A DNA stretch of 47,369 nt from Parcubacteria group bacterium GW2011_GWD2_38_12 (GTDB lineage: Bacteria; Patescibacteriota; Minisyncoccia; GWC2-36-17), in contig LBUA01000003.1 in NCBI GenBank assembly GCA_000992345.1, positions 1 to 47,369 of the forward strand, written 5' to 3'. Below, piece by piece: positions 8,318 to 18,777 of the stretch (its first letter is position 1; each line of letters starts with the position of its first letter). Under the pieces are notes generated by a model. The model saw nothing but the letters and a program-made list of their open reading frames with translations, was not told the origin of the DNA and searched no databases. Position numbers and translations under genes: made by a program.

Positions 8318-9706
8318 ATGGCAAAGCTAACATTTTACGGAGGAACAAAAATTGTTACAGGAGCCTGTTATCTTTTAGAGGCCAATAATAAGAAGGTTAT
8401 TGTTGATTGCGGGATGTTCCAGGGCTCTTGGTTTACGGAGGAAAAAAATTACGAACCCTTTCCCTTTGATCCCAAACAAATTGATGCGTTTTTTTTGACA
8501 CATGCTCATATTGATCATTGCGGTAGAGCGGCGAAACTTTATCGAGACGGGTTTCGCGGGAAATTTTACGCTACAGCGCCGACTTTGGATTTCTCCAGAA
8601 TTATGCTTGCCGATAGTCATCATGTGATGCTCGAGGATTCCGAAAAAAGGGGTTTGCAGCCATTTTACGGTTTAAATGATATAGCCGGACTTATGGATTT
8701 GGCTGTTCCCTTGAAATATGGAGAAAGAGTTGAGATTACCAAGGGTTTTTCTTGCCGCGTCAGGAATTCCGGCCATATTTTAGGATCGGCATTTTATGAA
8801 TTTTTTGTGGAAGAAAATAGTTTATCCGCCGATGGGCGAGCCAGAAAAAACAAAATTGTTTTCTCTGGAGACCTAGGCAATCCCCCCACCCCCCTTATAA
8901 AACCGATTGAATATATTGATGAAGCGGATTATTTGGTAATTGAATCGGCCTATGGCGATAGACTTCACGAACATCGCGACCAAAGGAAGGAATACCTTGA
9001 AGACGCGATAGAGGAAACAGTCAAATCCGGAGGGGTATTGATGATACCGGCGTTTGCCATGGAGCGCACCCAGGAACTGCTTTATGAATTGAATGATCTT
9101 GTAGAGCATGGTCGCGTGCCACAAATCCCCATTTTTATAGATAGTCCGCTTGCGATAAAAGCAACGGAAGTTTATCGCAGGTATGATGATTATTATAATA
9201 AAGAAGCGACATATGTTATAAGTTCCGGCGATGAGATTTTTAAATTTCCCGGCCTTAAATTTACGGAAACAGTTGAAGAATCAAAAAAAATAAATGAAGT
9301 TCCGGCGCCAAAAATAATTATCGCCGGATCAGGCATGTCTACGGCTGGCAGGATATTGCACCATGAAAAAAAATATTTATCAGATCCCAAGAATACTTTA
9401 TTGATATTTGGATATCAAGCAAAGGGGTCGCTGGGCAGAAGATTGCTTGAGGGTCAGACAGAAGTGAAGATACATGGCGAGACAATTTTCGTTAGGGCAA
9501 AAATAAAATCAATCGAAGGATACTCGGCTCATGCCGATCAAGACGGCCTGGTAAAATGGGTTAGGCCAATGAGACATACTCTAAAAAAAGTTTTTATAGT
9601 GCAGGGTGAAGACGAGGCTGCCCTTAAACTGGCGACGGTTTTTAAAGATAAATTAACCGTTGATGCTGTTGTTCCGGAATACGGTCAGGAGTTTATTTTA
9701 GAATAA
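8318..9706 (+). CDS. MBL-fold beta-CASP ribonuclease (CPSF73/Ysh1-like family)
   Basis: THAHIDH, GHILGSA, FSGDLG, ESAYG, PAFAMERTQE, GSGM, YSAHAD. Confidence 0.93.
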   Translation: MAKLTFYGGTKIVTGACYLLEANNKKVIVDCGMFQGSWFTEEKNYEPFPFDPKQIDAFFLTHAHIDHCGRAAKLYRDGFRGKFYATAPTLDFSRIMLADSHHVMLEDSEKRGLQPFYGLNDIAGLMDLAVPLKYGERVEITKGFSCRVRNSGHILGSAFYEFFVEENSLSADGRARKNKIVFSGDLGNPPTPLIKPIEYIDEADYLVIESAYGDRLHEHRDQRKEYLEDAIEETVKSGGVLMIPAFAMERTQELLYELNDLVEHGRVPQIPIFIDSPLAIKATEVYRRYDDYYNKEATYVISSGDEIFKFPGLKFTETVEESKKINEVPAPKIIIAGSGMSTAGRILHHEKKYLSDPKNTLLIFGYQAKGSLGRRLLEGQTEVKIHGETIFVRAKIKSIEGYSAHADQDGLVKWVRPMRHTLKKVFIVQGEDEAALKLATVFKDKLTVDAVVPEYGQEFILE

Positions 9707-9724
9707 TAATATATAATCACAGTA

Positions 9725-9753
9725 TTGACAGCCATATTTTATTTATTTAGTAT
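9725..9753 (+). promoter_or_regulatory. sigma70-type promoter of clpB
   Basis: TTGACA (9725-9730) - 17 nt - TAGTAT (9748-9753). Confidence 0.8.
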
Positions 9754-9754
9754 A

Positions 9755-9781
9755 TTGGCAGTCTTACGACGAGAGTGCTAA
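9755..9781 (+). promoter_or_regulatory. CIRCE element (HrcA operator)
   Basis: TTGGCAGTC-N9-GAGTGCTAA vs consensus TTAGCACTC-N9-GAGTGCTAA, directly downstream of the promoter of a heat-shock gene. Confidence 0.92.
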
Positions 9782-9784
9782 AAT

Positions 9785-9865
9785 AACAATTGATAATTAA
9801 CAATTGACAATTGACTAAATTCCGTCAAATGTCAAATGTTAACAGTCAAATGTTCGCGAAGCGAA
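9785..9865 (+). repeat. Dispersed ~80-bp heptamer fold-back element, copy 2
   Basis: Near-identical to 2188-2268; ends ttcgcgaagcgaa at the clpB ATG. Confidence 0.9.
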
Positions 9866-12534
9866 TGAAACCATTCAATCATTTCACAATCAAAGCTCAA
9901 GATGCGCTGATGAGAGCGCAGGAAATCGCTTTTATTAAATCGCAATATCCGATAGATCCCTTGCATCTTTTAAAATCGTTGGCCGAGCAGGATGAAAGCG
10001 TTATCCCGACAATTTTAGAAAAGATCGGGGTAGACCTTGATCTTATGGATTTGCAGATAGATACATCTCTAGAAAATGTCGTAGCCAATCAAAAAAAGCA
10101 GCAAGGCGGAGTTTTCGGTCAGATTCCAATAAGCCAGGAAATGGCTAATATCTTGGAAAAATCCAATCAGGTTTCAAAGCATATGAAAGATGACTTCATT
10201 TCCACGGAACATTTGCTTTTGTCTTTATTGGAGGTTCCATCAAGAGCAAGAGATATCTTGGAGAAATTTAAAGTTACCGGCGAACAGATTATGCAGATTT
10301 TGGCGTCTGTTAGGGGCTCGCAAAGGATTACTGATGCTGAGCCGGAGAGTAAATATCAGGTTTTGGAAAAATATGCAAAAAATCTTACGGAAATGGCGCG
10401 AAGCAAAAAATTAGATCCAGTAATTGGTCGCCAAAAAGAAATCCGCCGCGTGATGCAGGTTTTATCGCGCCGCACGAAAAATAATCCTGTTTTAATAGGC
10501 GAGCCGGGCACCGGAAAAACCGCGATAGCAGAAGGTCTTGCGCAAAGGATTATTGATGGCGACGTTCCGGAAAGCCTTAAAGACAAAGAAATAATTTCTC
10601 TTGATTTAGGAGCATTGGTGGCTGGTACAAAATATAGGGGAGAATTTGAGGAAAGATTAAAGACGGTGTTGAAAGAAATTGAAAACCAGGGCGGTAAAAT
10701 AATTTTATTTATTGACGAGTTGCATACCTTGGTGGGGGCGGGCGCGGCTGAAGGAGCGGTTGATGCTTCTAATATGTTAAAACCGGCATTGGCTAGGGGC
10801 GATTTGCACGCGATTGGCGCAACAACCATAAAAGAGTATCAAAAATATATAGAGAAAGATCAGGCGTTGGAGCGTCGTTTTCAGCCGGTTTTAGTGCAGG
10901 AGCCGTCTCAAGACGAGGCGATTGCCATACTGCGCGGCTTAAAAGAAAAATACGAGATGCATCACGGAGTGAAAATCACCGATTCCTCAATTATCGCAGC
11001 CGTTAAACTATCCTCTAGATATATTGCGGATAGGTTTTTACCCGATAAAGCCGTTGACTTGATAGATGAAGCGGCTTCATCCCTAAGGATGGAAATTGAT
11101 TCCATGCCTCAGGAGTTGGATCAAGCTCATCGGGAATTGATGCGTTTAAGGATAGAGGAGGAAGTGCTTAAAAAGGAAACTGATCCCTCCGTAAAGGAAA
11201 CAATAAAAAATATTCGAAAACAGATTGCTGATTTTAAAGAAAAAACAAAAGATTTGGAAATGCAGTGGCAAGCTGAAAAAGATAAAATTTCCAAAATCAC
11301 TGACGCAAAAAAGAAAATTGAGGGATTAAAACAGGAAGCTGAAATCGCAGAACGCAATGCCGATTTACACAAAATTGCGGAAATTAGATACTCCAAAATT
11401 CCTAGTTTTGAAAGAAATATAAAAGATTTTGAATCTTCGCTGGCGCGTTTGCAAAAAAAGCGCAGGATTCTCAAAGAAGAAATAACCGAAGAAGATATTG
11501 CTCGCGTTGTTTCCAATTGGACCAATATTCCGATTTTAAAAATGCTGGAGGAGGAAGCGCAAAAATTATCAGGCATAGAAGAAACTTTAAAATCTCGAGT
11601 TGTTGGGCAAAGCGATGCGATAAAAGCGGTGGCTAATGCCATTCGTAGATCTCGCGCCGGCATTTCCGAAGAACAAAAGCCGATTGGCAGTTTTATATTT
11701 TTGGGACCAACGGGAGTTGGCAAGACCGAGCTTGCAAAGGCGCTTGCTGAATTTATGTTTTCCACCGAGCAGGCGATCGTGAGGGTTGATATGTCAGAAT
11801 ATATGGAAAGCCACGCGATTTCCAAAATGATTGGATCTCCGCCCGGTTATGTTGGTCACGAAGAAGGAGGGCAATTAACCGAGATCATTAGGCGAAAGCC
11901 GTATAGTGTGGTGCTTTTTGACGAAATAGAAAAAGCGCATCCGGAAATATTTAATATCTTACTTCAGATATTGGATGACGGCCATTTGACCGACTCCAAG
12001 GGAAGAAAAGTTAATTTTAAAAATACTATTATTATTATGACTTCCAATGCCGGATCTGATATAGTCCAGAAGATTAATAAGTTTGGCTTTGATCTTTCAG
12101 ATGACAAGCAATTGGTCAGGGCGGAGAAAGAAAGCGAAGCCAAAGAAAAAATTAAAGCAGCTCTTAAGGATTATTTTAAGCCGGAATTTTTGAATAGAAT
12201 TGACGAGATGATTGTGTTTAACGGCCTTACCCCAGGGGATTTGGAAGAAATTATTGAGATTCAGCTGGAGAAAGTTTTTGCGCGTTTAGCCAAAAGGGGC
12301 ATTAAGATAAAAGCTACAAAAAAAGCCAGGGATTTATTGGTGGAAAAGGGATATGATTTGCAATACGGAGCGCGTCCTTTAAAGCGCGTTATTCAACGCT
12401 TGATTTTGGATCCAGTAGCAAAATTCATTATTACTGGCCAGATTAAAGAAGGCGAAGAGATAGCAGTTGATCAAGAAAATGGTGAAATAATCATCAAAAA
12501 ATCCAGCACTAAAGGCGCCCTGGCGCTCGTATAG
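9865..12534 (+). CDS. clpB: Chaperone/disaggregase ClpB
   Basis: Two AAA+ modules ([16 protein letters not shown]) and a long coiled-coil M domain. Start moved from TTG 9811 (inside the repeat) to ATG 9865 (MKPFNHFT). Confidence 0.93.
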   Translation: MKPFNHFTIKAQDALMRAQEIAFIKSQYPIDPLHLLKSLAEQDESVIPTILEKIGVDLDLMDLQIDTSLENVVANQKKQQGGVFGQIPISQEMANILEKSNQVSKHMKDDFISTEHLLLSLLEVPSRARDILEKFKVTGEQIMQILASVRGSQRITDAEPESKYQVLEKYAKNLTEMARSKKLDPVIGRQKEIRRVMQVLSRRTKNNPVLIGEPGTGKTAIAEGLAQRIIDGDVPESLKDKEIISLDLGALVAGTKYRGEFEERLKTVLKEIENQGGKIILFIDELHTLVGAGAAEGAVDASNMLKPALARGDLHAIGATTIKEYQKYIEKDQALERRFQPVLVQEPSQDEAIAILRGLKEKYEMHHGVKITDSSIIAAVKLSSRYIADRFLPDKAVDLIDEAASSLRMEIDSMPQELDQAHRELMRLRIEEEVLKKETDPSVKETIKNIRKQIADFKEKTKDLEMQWQAEKDKISKITDAKKKIEGLKQEAEIAERNADLHKIAEIRYSKIPSFERNIKDFESSLARLQKKRRILKEEITEEDIARVVSNWTNIPILKMLEEEAQKLSGIEETLKSRVVGQSDAIKAVANAIRRSRAGISEEQKPIGSFIFLGPTGVGKTELAKALAEFMFSTEQAIVRVDMSEYMESHAISKMIGSPPGYVGHEEGGQLTEIIRRKPYSVVLFDEIEKAHPEIFNILLQILDDGHLTDSKGRKVNFKNTIIIMTSNAGSDIVQKINKFGFDLSDDKQLVRAEKESEAKEKIKAALKDYFKPEFLNRIDEMIVFNGLTPGDLEEIIEIQLEKVFARLAKRGIKIKATKKARDLLVEKGYDLQYGARPLKRVIQRLILDPVAKFIITGQIKEGEEIAVDQENGEIIIKKSSTKGALALV

Positions 12535-12537
12535 TGG

Positions 12538-12615
12538 TTATAAAATTATAATGTTATAAAATAAAAAGCTTTGATTGAATTTGACTTTATGATTTATAAC
12601 TTTTAACTTTATAAT
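12538..12615. repeat. AT-rich ~8-mer inverted periodic array between convergent genes
   Basis: ttataaaa ttataatg ttataaaa ... tttatgat ttataact tttaact ttataat. Confidence 0.55.
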
Positions 12616-13659
12616 CTACTTATACCATCTCTTAATTTCTTTCGTTGAAACTTTTTTGCGGCGCATGATTTCTTTTCTTTTTTTCAGGGCGCGTGGCAGA
12701 TATCTGATGAATCTCGGCAATCCGACAAAAATCGTATAAGGCTCAAAGATTAGGGAATAAACAAAAAGCTGTATTTCCCTGTTTAAGAATTTATAAATAT
12801 CAAGCCATCTAAAAATTCCTAAATCATTTTTAACGAATGTAAGCCGCAGATTCACCCAATCCAACATTTTTTTATTTTTGGGCAGTGATTTTCGTTGTCC
12901 GATAAAATCCCATCTGCTTTTACTTGTGCGTTTGGTGGTTTGGCGTTCGTGCCAGGCGATGACTTGCGGCGTGAAATAATTTTTCCATCCCAGAAGATGC
13001 ATCCTCCAGCCAAGGTCAATATCGTCTCCATACCAAAAATAATCTTCATCATGATACTCTCCCCAAACGGCGGAATCTTCCAGCGCCCCGCGACGCCAAA
13101 ACGGACAAGCGCCCTCATAGGAAAAAATTTCTTCTTCTTTCGAAAATTGTCCGGTATCTTTTATGCCGTGTCCGCGATTGACTATGCGGCGTGATTTATA
13201 GATTTCAAATCCCGCAGTATCTATAATATTTGTTTTTATTTTTAGTTCTGCGTTGTTCTGTGTTTGTTCTGTGTTGTTCTGTGTTGCGAATGGAGCGAGC
13301 TGATAAATTTTTGCTTGAAGCGCGCCGATTTTCGGGTTTTGCTCCATTATTTCCACCGCTTTTTCAAGAAAATCTTCTTTAATCCAAACATCAGCACAAA
13401 GCCCCAAAATATATTTTCCGGAGGTCATCTTAGCAGCGCGGTTCTGCCCGGGTCCAAAACTGTAATTTTTATCAGCTTTGAAAAACTTCGCTCTCGGAAA
13501 ATCATTTCTTACGATTTCCAGGGTTTTATCGCTGGAATTATTGTCAAAAACCAAAACCTCATAGTTTTTATAAGTCTGGTTGAAAACCGCTTTCAAACAA
13601 TCGCGAATGCGCTTTTCTTCATTATAGACAACAAGATTTATGGAAACGAGAGGATTCAT
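12616..13659 (-). CDS. Glycosyltransferase family 2
   Basis: PLVSINLVVYN, DNNSSD, YFWYGDDIDLGWR. Confidence 0.92.
   Translation of the reverse strand: MNPLVSINLVVYNEEKRIRDCLKAVFNQTYKNYEVLVFDNNSSDKTLEIVRNDFPRAKFFKADKNYSFGPGQNRAAKMTSGKYILGLCADVWIKEDFLEKAVEIMEQNPKIGALQAKIYQLAPFATQNNTEQTQNNAELKIKTNIIDTAGFEIYKSRRIVNRGHGIKDTGQFSKEEEIFSYEGACPFWRRGALEDSAVWGEYHDEDYFWYGDDIDLGWRMHLLGWKNYFTPQVIAWHERQTTKRTSKSRWDFIGQRKSLPKNKKMLDWVNLRLTFVKNDLGIFRWLDIYKFLNREIQLFVYSLIFEPYTIFVGLPRFIRYLPRALKKRKEIMRRKKVSTKEIKRWYK
13245..13285. repeat. 10-bp tandem repeat x4 inside the GT2 coding sequence
   Basis: gttctgcgtt gttctgtgtt t gttctgtgtt gttctgtgtt, encoding TQNNTEQTQNNAE. Confidence 0.85.
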
Positions 13660-13666
13660 AAATAAT

Positions 13667-13746
13667 AATTTTAAATTTTAAAATCTAAATTTTTAAATAA
13701 TTTCAAATGTTTTAATGTTTAAAAATTAAAAATTGGAAATTAAAAA
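13667..13746. repeat. AT-rich heptamer periodic array
   Basis: aatttta aatttta aaatcta aattttt ... aaattaa aaattgg aaattaa. Confidence 0.55.
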
Positions 13747-15263
13747 ATTTTGCGTTCCCTTGATATCCCATATATTGCCCCAACCAATATCATCAGTCCT
13801 AAAAATACTCTTTCATCAAAAATTGCCGGATCAGTCATTGAATAAGCGATAATCCATGCGATATATAGAATTGAAAAAAGTCCGAAAAATTTTATTAAGA
13901 CATTTTCGTCTTGCGACAGATTTTTAATTTTCTTGTAAATTTCATAGATAATTGCTAGAAATACGGCAAAAGCAAAAATGCCTATTTCCGCCAGAATTTG
14001 CAAAAATAAATTATGCGCGGATGATCCCGCTTTGGCTAATGCGATATTTTGCTTCAAGACAGCGGGGAAATTTCCGATACCAACGCCAAGCGCAGGATTT
14101 TTAATTATTGATTTTGCGCTTTCTTTCCATATCCAAATGCGTCCCTGATTTGATGTCTCTCCTGCGTCAAAAATGGATGCTAGCCGGTTTATCAGAACTC
14201 GGCTTTCTTCGGTTTCATTTTCAATTAATTGGAATTGCTTGGAATTAAATATTGGCTGGGAAATAATGAGCGCTACGATGAAAAAAATCAGCGGTAAGGT
14301 CAATTTTAAAATAATTTCTTTTGGCGCGATTTTTTTGAAATAATAAAATCCAATTATTAAAATTGGCAGAGCGGTGGCCGCCCAGATGCCACGTGTGCCG
14401 GAAAGCACGATGCCTAAAGAAAAAATGCCGAGTAAAAAATAAGCCGGTAAACAAGATTGGGAAACAGTTTTTCTAAAGATAATAAAAGTTGAAACAAATA
14501 CCGAAACGATTAAAAGATAGAGCGGAAAACTGTGGCTGTCAGGGAAAGAAGAGAACATTCTCAAATGGATTGTGCCGTTAAAATATGCAAACCAAGTGTT
14601 GGCTGATATGGCGATATTGGCCCAGGCGTTGCCATATAGATTTTTTTCAATCGTTAATGCCCAGAATTCAATAAAATTATTTATGGGCATCAGATAAGCC
14701 AAGATAAGTTGCAAGACTCCGATTGAGGCGATGAATATTCCGGAAAAAATAAAATTACGGCCAAGGCGCATGAAATTTTCGCGATTGATGACATGTCTTA
14801 CGACAAAAAACAGCATCCCCAAATTCAAGAAGTATATAATTCTTTTGATTCCGGCGATGGGGTCTTCGGCTTTCAGTAAGGATAAAATGGCGATGAAGGT
14901 TAATAGACTAATCAATATTTCTAAGCGGAATTGTTTTAAGGAGGCGCGCGCAATTCCTTTTGAAAACATTGCGAAAGAAATTACGCGCGCTTCTAAAATG
15001 AATTTTACAAATAAAATCAAAACCAGAATCCGCCAGATGTTGAAGTTGTCAAAACTTTCCGTGATGGGAAGCGCTAAAAATAAGGGGATTGATCTGGCTG
15101 TGAACATTACGGAATCTTCAAGGGAAGAAATGATGAGTATGGTTGGTAAAAAAATAGCCAAAAACAAAGCGCTTTCGCGCGGTAAAATTCCGATAGCTAT
15201 TAAAATAACAAACAGCAATTCTATGAAGAAAGCGATGTTTATGATGGATAATATTTTTCCCAT
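13740..15263 (-). CDS. O-antigen ligase / O-oligosaccharyltransferase family membrane protein (Wzy_C)
   Basis: Multi-TM; SGTRG, GRIWIW, GVGIGNF, AHNLFLQILAEIG. Confidence 0.88.
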   Translation of the reverse strand: MGKILSIINIAFFIELLFVILIAIGILPRESALFLAIFLPTILIISSLEDSVMFTARSIPLFLALPITESFDNFNIWRILVLILFVKFILEARVISFAMFSKGIARASLKQFRLEILISLLTFIAILSLLKAEDPIAGIKRIIYFLNLGMLFFVVRHVINRENFMRLGRNFIFSGIFIASIGVLQLILAYLMPINNFIEFWALTIEKNLYGNAWANIAISANTWFAYFNGTIHLRMFSSFPDSHSFPLYLLIVSVFVSTFIIFRKTVSQSCLPAYFLLGIFSLGIVLSGTRGIWAATALPILIIGFYYFKKIAPKEIILKLTLPLIFFIVALIISQPIFNSKQFQLIENETEESRVLINRLASIFDAGETSNQGRIWIWKESAKSIIKNPALGVGIGNFPAVLKQNIALAKAGSSAHNLFLQILAEIGIFAFAVFLAIIYEIYKKIKNLSQDENVLIKFFGLFSILYIAWIIAYSMTDPAIFDERVFLGLMILVGAIYGISRERKIF

Positions 15264-17437
15264 GCAAGTTTTAATTTTTTCTCAAAAATAGCAAAAATTA
15301 TTGCTGTTAAAATGATAATCAACCCGATTATAGTCAAAATTGCTCCCGATTTCAATGGTTTGGAATCAAATTGCAATATTATTTTATGGTCTCCAGCTGG
15401 AACGAAAATGGCCTGGAAAAGATAGTCAGCCTGATAAATTTTTGTATCTTGGCTATCAATCTTAGCCTGCCAGCCGGGATAATGAGTTTGGTTAAAGACT
15501 AAAAAGCCGTTATTTTCATTTTTGACGGACAGCTTCCATATACCTGGCGTTGCATCTTCAATTATTATTTCTTGTTTTTCGGTTTCCTGGATTGCGACGG
15601 TGATAATCTCTGGATTTTCTTCTAGGATTACAGTCTTTCGGGGATATATTTCTTTTAATTTCATTAGCGCGTCATCTGCATTACTTGCAACTGTATAATC
15701 AGTTACAAAAAAAGCTCGGGGAAAATAATCTGTATTGATGCATAAATTTCCGACCTTCTCCAATGTGTTTGCGCGTTCCGGAATGAATTGGCAGGGGAGA
15801 TATTTTATGCCGGCAAGATCAATTAAGTTAGCATTTTTTACCATAATATCAACAAAATTGCCGTATCGCGCAAGCGCCAGGGGATTATAGCCGTCAAAAG
15901 CGTAAATCTTCCGCATTTGCGTTGAGTTATCGGAAAATTCTGGGATTTTAAATACCTTAAATTTATCTATTTCGTCCAGCGCCTCGTATTCTTGCAGGAT
16001 ATTCTGAGCAATCCATGGTTCTCGCAATATATCGGAAGATTTTTTTCTAGCGTAAAGCAATTCATTCGGCAAAACAGCGTTAAAAATCTCGGCGGCGCTT
16101 ATAATTAAAATCATTATCCAAAATAATTTGGCGATGATATTTCGAGGATTTAGCAAGAAGGCGGATGTCTTGCTTGCCGTTGCCGCCAATCCAACAACAG
16201 CCAAATTAAATAAAAGCATCATATTGGATGGCGCGCGGATTTTATCAAAAAACGGAACGAATTGATAAAAATATTTCTGTAGAAATCCATATTGGCCGAA
16301 ACTATAAATTACGGAGATTATAGAAAGAATTAAAAAGAAAATCGCCGTTTTTCTTGATTCTTTTTTAAAAATTCCCAAAATCGCTCCGCATATTGCGAGA
16401 AAAATTGCGGTTACGGTGATATAAAGATAATTTTGAGTTCTATCCCACGGGCCCGTATATTGACCGCCATACGCTACATTATTGTAATTATAATTGAAAA
16501 GCGATTTTAAGCTGTCGGGATTCAAACTCTCGGTTTGGGACATTTCGAGCGATATTTTTGCTCGCAGGGATTGTTTTGTCAGCTCAAAAGTCGGAAAGAA
16601 CTGAATAGAGGAAATCAAAATAGCCATTATATACACGATTGCTATGATTGCGATTTTCTTGCGGAGAGAATTCGGTTTTTGAGGCAATATCTTGGGAAGG
16701 AAATATTGCTTGGCCCTGTCTAATTCCAGGGGTTCTATTTTTCCTCGTTCTTGTTGTTTTATTTTTAATACAAGAGTCCATATGAAATCAAAAGCGAAAT
16801 AAAATCCTATGGCAAAGGCAGTGTATAATGCCATCTGAAAATGGCCTGCAAGAATCGCAATGCCAAGAAAAAATCCGCAAAAAATAGCATCCCTAATTTT
16901 TTTATAAAATGGAGAATAACCTTTATCTTCTAGGGCTCGCAACAAAAATAAAAATATTAAGGGTAGCCAAACGGCGGTATTTTGCATGCCTACATGAGAA
17001 CCATGTCCCACCATAAAACCGGAAAAAGCGTATATAAGTCCGCCTCCCAAAGCAAAAATAAAATTACCGCTCAAGTAGCGCGTAAATAAAAATGCGAAAA
17101 ATCCCGCCAGAAGATAATGGAAAATCAATTGATATTGCATTGATTCTGGCGTAAAGACGCTGAAAAAACTGATGATTAAATTAACCGGATAAAACAAGGC
17201 GACTTGCAGATCAGCGATTTGGGGAAAACCGTTGAAAATATAAGGTGTCCAAAGGGGGAGTTGTCCGGCTTGCCATGTTTGTGAAGAAAAAAATAGATTA
17301 AAAAAATGTACGCTAATCGCGTCCCATTGAATCGCCCCGAATTTATTTACAATCGGATTCCAGAAAATCACCAATGTGAATGTGGCATAAAAGAATAATG
17401 CAAAGATGATTTGAAAATTTTTTCTAATGAACGACAT
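15239..17437 (-). CDS. YfhO-family (GT-C) membrane glycosyltransferase
   Basis: PLWTPYIFNGFP..D...ALFYP, LAGHFQ, RAP, C-terminal YPGW.A.ID and VPAGDH. Confidence 0.88.
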   Translation of the reverse strand: MSFIRKNFQIIFALFFYATFTLVIFWNPIVNKFGAIQWDAISVHFFNLFFSSQTWQAGQLPLWTPYIFNGFPQIADLQVALFYPVNLIISFFSVFTPESMQYQLIFHYLLAGFFAFLFTRYLSGNFIFALGGGLIYAFSGFMVGHGSHVGMQNTAVWLPLIFLFLLRALEDKGYSPFYKKIRDAIFCGFFLGIAILAGHFQMALYTAFAIGFYFAFDFIWTLVLKIKQQERGKIEPLELDRAKQYFLPKILPQKPNSLRKKIAIIAIVYIMAILISSIQFFPTFELTKQSLRAKISLEMSQTESLNPDSLKSLFNYNYNNVAYGGQYTGPWDRTQNYLYITVTAIFLAICGAILGIFKKESRKTAIFFLILSIISVIYSFGQYGFLQKYFYQFVPFFDKIRAPSNMMLLFNLAVVGLAATASKTSAFLLNPRNIIAKLFWIMILIISAAEIFNAVLPNELLYARKKSSDILREPWIAQNILQEYEALDEIDKFKVFKIPEFSDNSTQMRKIYAFDGYNPLALARYGNFVDIMVKNANLIDLAGIKYLPCQFIPERANTLEKVGNLCINTDYFPRAFFVTDYTVASNADDALMKLKEIYPRKTVILEENPEIITVAIQETEKQEIIIEDATPGIWKLSVKNENNGFLVFNQTHYPGWQAKIDSQDTKIYQADYLFQAIFVPAGDHKIILQFDSKPLKSGAILTIIGLIIILTAIIFAIFEKKLKLAWEKYYPS

Positions 17438-17497
17438 TATTTATCTTAAATTAGAAATGTGTTGAGGTATGCTGAATAAAGCATTTCTAATTCATAG

Positions 17498-18697
17498 TTA
17501 TTTAAAAGTCTCTTTAAACAATTCTAATAATTTTTTGCCGTGTTCCTGCCAAGAAAATTTTTGCATGGCTATTTGCCCCTCTTTTATTATCTTTTCTCTT
17601 CTTGGCGCGTTGGTAAGGGCATTTTCCATCTCTTTTGCTATGGAATTTGGATCATCAATATCTTTTACGAAAAATGCGTTATCACCAAGCATTTCATGAG
17701 TTAAGTTGTTGTCATTTACGAGGGGGACTAATCCGCATTTGAGCGCTTCCATAGGGGGCAGACCCATCGCTTCGTGGGAGGATATATATAAGAGAAGCTC
17801 AGCGTTATTGAAGAGATATAAAACTTCATCTTGAGGCAGATAATCGGTTCTGATTATTGCTTGTCTGCCCAACCCTTTATTTATTTTATCCGTGAGTTCA
17901 TTAAGAATCGGAGGATTATACTTATCAATGCAGGCGACAAGATATTGAAAATCGGGAAATCTATTGGCGATTTTCTCAAACGCCAGCATGGATTCTTTGA
18001 TTTTTCTTCGTGGGAAAGCTTGGCCGACGGATAAAATGTATTTATTTTCAATGCCAATCCTTTGTTTTATTTCTTTTATTTTTTGGATGTTTTCAGCGGT
18101 TTTTGCGAGTTGTCTCATTTTTTCATTCAATCCCCATGTGATTACGGAAATTTTATCGGCTGGAATTTTGTATAATTTTGCCAATTCTTTTTGGGAAAAT
18201 TCCGATATGGTCAACACTTTATTGGCTCGTTTTGCCGCAAGCCAGCTGAAAATGCGATAAGCAATTTTATATTTGAATGGAAGATTTCCATAATGCGATT
18301 CATAATAGACATCATTGGTGAGTACAACTATACTTTTGCCGACAAAAAAAGCCGGTATCATATAAGACGGCAAGAAAAATCCGTCTAGTCCGTCTCTAAA
18401 ATATGCGATGGGTATTAAAATGTGATAAAAGATATTGAAGCTCGGAGGCAAAAGAGGTGCTCTCAGAATTTTTTTTTCAAAAATCTTGTTATTTAAAACA
18501 GCGTCTTTCGGTATTTCTTTTTTGAAATATAAAACAAAACGAAACTTATTTTTCGCCTCTTGAGGTTCAACCTCGGGGGTCATGAGGTCAAACCTCGCGG
18601 AGTTCTTCGCGAGAGATTCCAGTAATTGAATCAATGTTTGACCAACTCCGAATCTCTCTCCTTCTAAATTGTGGCATTCAATGCCGATTTTTAGCAT
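17498..18697 (-). CDS. Glycosyltransferase family 4
   Basis: EAMGLPPMEALKCG (E-x7-E), TISEFS, FSW. Confidence 0.92.
   Translation of the reverse strand: MLKIGIECHNLEGERFGVGQTLIQLLESLAKNSARFDLMTPEVEPQEAKNKFRFVLYFKKEIPKDAVLNNKIFEKKILRAPLLPPSFNIFYHILIPIAYFRDGLDGFFLPSYMIPAFFVGKSIVVLTNDVYYESHYGNLPFKYKIAYRIFSWLAAKRANKVLTISEFSQKELAKLYKIPADKISVITWGLNEKMRQLAKTAENIQKIKEIKQRIGIENKYILSVGQAFPRRKIKESMLAFEKIANRFPDFQYLVACIDKYNPPILNELTDKINKGLGRQAIIRTDYLPQDEVLYLFNNAELLLYISSHEAMGLPPMEALKCGLVPLVNDNNLTHEMLGDNAFFVKDIDDPNSIAKEMENALTNAPRREKIIKEGQIAMQKFSWQEHGKKLLELFKETFK
18562..18596. repeat. Two REP-like GAGGT(T/C)NAACCTC palindromes in frame in GT4
   Basis: gaggttcaacctc 18562-18574; gaggtcaaacctc 18584-18596. 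Confidence 0.7.
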
Positions 18698-18777
18698 ACC
18701 CGGTATAATTTAATTGCGATTAGTTAATTTATATTATACATTATATTAGTTAACTGTTAACTATTAGCCGATATTTT

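Noticed and set aside
9811-9864. N-terminal extension of ClpB (also those at 19737, 29878, 32903)
   Set aside because: Translations of repeats or UTR; downstream ATGs match the family N-termini
10356-11825. Long antisense ORFs in clpB (157 and 232 aa)
   Set aside because: Typical antisense shadows of a conserved gene
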